From the NCBI GenBank assembly GCA_001662655.1, contig KV460218.1: a stretch of 64,000 nt of DNA; one strand, given 5' to 3'. The DNA is from Pseudogymnoascus verrucosus. Its lineage: Eukaryota. The notes beneath the pieces were generated by a model, which worked only from the letters and a program-made list of their open reading frames with translations, did no database searches and was not told where the DNA came from. A program made the translations under genes and the position numbers. Positions 61,549-64,000 of the stretch are shown here, in pieces (positions within the stretch are counted from its first letter, which is position 1; the number at the start of each line of letters is the position of its first letter).

Positions 61549-64000
61549 ATGTCCTCCGGCGGGCAGCTCGCGCGCAACCGCGCGCTGTCGCTCGGATCGG
61601 GGCGCTCCTCCAAAGGCGGTCGCGCGGCCTCCATGGCCGACTTCAGCATGCCGGACTCCAAGCTGGCGCGCGATTTTGAGCCCAGCGACGCCACCGCCTC
61701 CATGTTCCTGTATGCGCAAGGGAACACGGTGGTTTGCGCTCACCACGATACGCTGACTATTGAGCGCCGCTTCTCGAGGCATAAAGAGGAGGTTCTGATA
61801 TTGGCCGTGGATAATGTGTCTGAGAGGGGAGCAGGGAGGCTGGTTCTGAGCTATGATGCTGGGCAGACGGCCATTGTGTGGGATTTGATGACGGGCGATG
61901 AGGTGGCGAGATTTGCGTCGTACAATTCGCTATCTGTGGCTGCGTGGATGAGGAATGGGAATGTGGCGTTTGGTGGGTTTTATCTGTCTTTTGTCTTTGG
62001 GAAGATTGTGCTAATTCTAGGGCAGGAAATGCGCAAGGAAATGTGATACTATTCGAACCGTCGACGTCAGAACATATCTCGGCGAGGACGATAGACCAGG
62101 TTCCAATTACTGCGCTTGCACCATCGGCGGATTGTCGGACATATGCCATTGGGTTTGTAACCCGGATCGGTTCGGAGGGCAATGGCTAACTTTTTCACAG
62201 TTATCAAAATGGAAGCTTATTGATTGCTTCACTACAACCGCGATTTACCATACTACATAACTTAACTACCTCAAGAGCACCGTCTCCAATTGTCACCCTT
62301 GCGTGGCACGCATCCTCCTCGCGGCAAAAATCGGACATGCTGGCAACTCAGACCCACGATGGTGACCTGCGCGTCTGGAGCATCGCGAAGTCGCCTTCGA
62401 GTAATGACGCGGCCAAGGTCGTACGAGTTCTCAGGAGGAGTGAGAATTCTATACCGGGTCCGAACTGGCTCGCCTGGTCGAAAAACGGTCGCATTATCCA
62501 GTATTCCGAGGGGTAAGAAACCCTTTTTTTTTAATCACGCACCTGTATGCGCGCGCTAAAAAACAAGTTTGCTGACTTATGAAACAATAGAGAGACATCA
62601 TCATGGGATGTTCGGACGAAGAATGTCACATATGAGACTGTACCTACTCTGGAACATGTGAAAGGTATCGCTATCTACGGACCAGGGGCTACCCTTTTCA
62701 CCCTTGGACGGAGTAACACGGCGCAGCAGTTCGATCTCAAGTCGCCCCCTGTGCTAGTAGCCAATGTCCAGCACCCGGCAAATCTCTTACCCCCCTCTCC
62801 GCCTGTCTCCATCGAGGAGCAGCAGAAGGGCATAGTGGCGAGCTCAAGCTCCCTGTCGGAGATTCCAATCAATGTTGATGTCTCAGAGAGCGACGAGGAT
62901 CACATGTCTCCGCTGGCAAGGATAGCGAGGGAGATGGACAAGCTGGAGGAGCGACAGCAGTACGGCCCTGACCGGAGTGGAACCCTGAGCCCCGCGTCGA
63001 GCGCCGCATCGTCGACGTCACGGTCCTCGGCAGGGTCTCGACCAGCCCGTCGACACGGCGGCTCCGTCTTATCCAAGGGCTATAGCGACCACACCCTCAT
63101 GTCGCCAGGGTCCTCCCTCCACTCCCGCGAGCCCTCCATCCTCTCCAGCCGCGACAGCTACTCTGTCAGCAGCGTGAGCTCCTCGCAGATGTCCGGCCGG
63201 TCTCGCCCTCGCGCCTCTCGCCTACGCCAGGAGGTCCTCCGTAGCCCCGAAGACAAGATCGTCGTCGACCTTTTCAAGTTCACCAAGAGCCGTCTCAGCG
63301 ACATCCCCTACGCACACCCACAGGTGCCCCAGAACAAGGGAATGTCTCACCACGAGCTGCGCCGCCAGATGCTCAATACGATCTTTGGGTGGAATGGTGA
63401 GGCGGATGATCTCGTTCGCGATGAGCTGAGTCGCCATCCGATGGGCTCCCCGAATCGGCTGCTGCTGACAAAGTGGCTGGGCGACATTGATACGGATATC
63501 ATGGCCACGAGCTCGGAGTCTATGACTGCCAGTGATTGGATGTTGCTTGCGCTCAGTGGGATTGGTGGGCAAACGTCGCAGCAGAAGGTAGCGCGAGCAT
63601 ACGTTCAGCGGCTACTAGAAAAGGGTGATGTGCACACGGCAGCAACGATCATGATTGGAATGGGCGACCAGAACGATGCCATCGAGATCTACGTCTCGCA
63701 CAAGTGCTATATGGAGGCGCTCATTCTTACGTGCATGGTGTACCCGGCTGATTGGGGTCGCCAGACTCAGTTACTCCGTAAATGGGGAGAGTGGGCCGTC
63801 CAGCATAGCCAGCAGCAGCTCGCCATCAGGTGTTTCTCGTGTACGGAAGAGTCGCCGGCTGAGTCGTCGTATGGGTCGCCCAACGCGCAATCCCTCACAT
63901 TCTCACCGCTCAACTCGAGTATTCCTGAGATGCTGAGCCCACCACTATCACCACCAGGTGTAGTTCCGCGCGGCCCGCAGCGCAATATGGCCAAGACTGC
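61549..64000 (+). CDS. WD40-repeat protein with Gemin5-like helical region; partial, runs off the window; three introns seen (near 61973-62025, 62152-62200, 62513-62590)
   Basis: WD-type strands (SYDAGQTAIVWD, HDGDLRVWS, LAWSKNG); a long open frame continues to 64000. Confidence 0.8.

Overview
Intron-containing genomic DNA from a filamentous ascomycete (GT-AG introns with CTAAC/CTGAC branch sites; a Leotiomycete such as Pseudogymnoascus is my guess, not proven). 1-15.4 kb and 56.4-64 kb look like core chromosome: a repeat-rich secreted protein, VPS24, SBA1/p23, a P-loop kinase, a small Ser-rich gene, a WD40 gene running off the end, and long gene-free tracts with alternating C-rich and G-rich blocks. 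15.4-56.4 kb looks accessory and holds three modules separated by AT/TpA-rich relic DNA. (1) A frameshifted APH-like phosphotransferase, then a convergent pair: a HeLo-like + pseudokinase gene (MLKL-like layout) and an active Ser/Thr kinase whose tail carries Pbp1/ataxin-2-like and possibly other translation-factor-like segments. (2) A six-gene hydroxyquinol-type aromatic catabolic cluster with a recurring CCGGAAGGC promoter motif. (3) A six-gene cluster (amine permease, Zn2Cys6 TF, SDR, aldehyde dehydrogenase, class I glutamine amidotransferase-like hydrolase, glutamine-synthetase-like ligase) whose enzyme set matches the bacterial gamma-glutamylation route for ethanolamine/amine catabolism. 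Modules 1 and 3 are the best candidates for an undescribed fungal system. All family calls come from motif recognition by eye; no database search was run.
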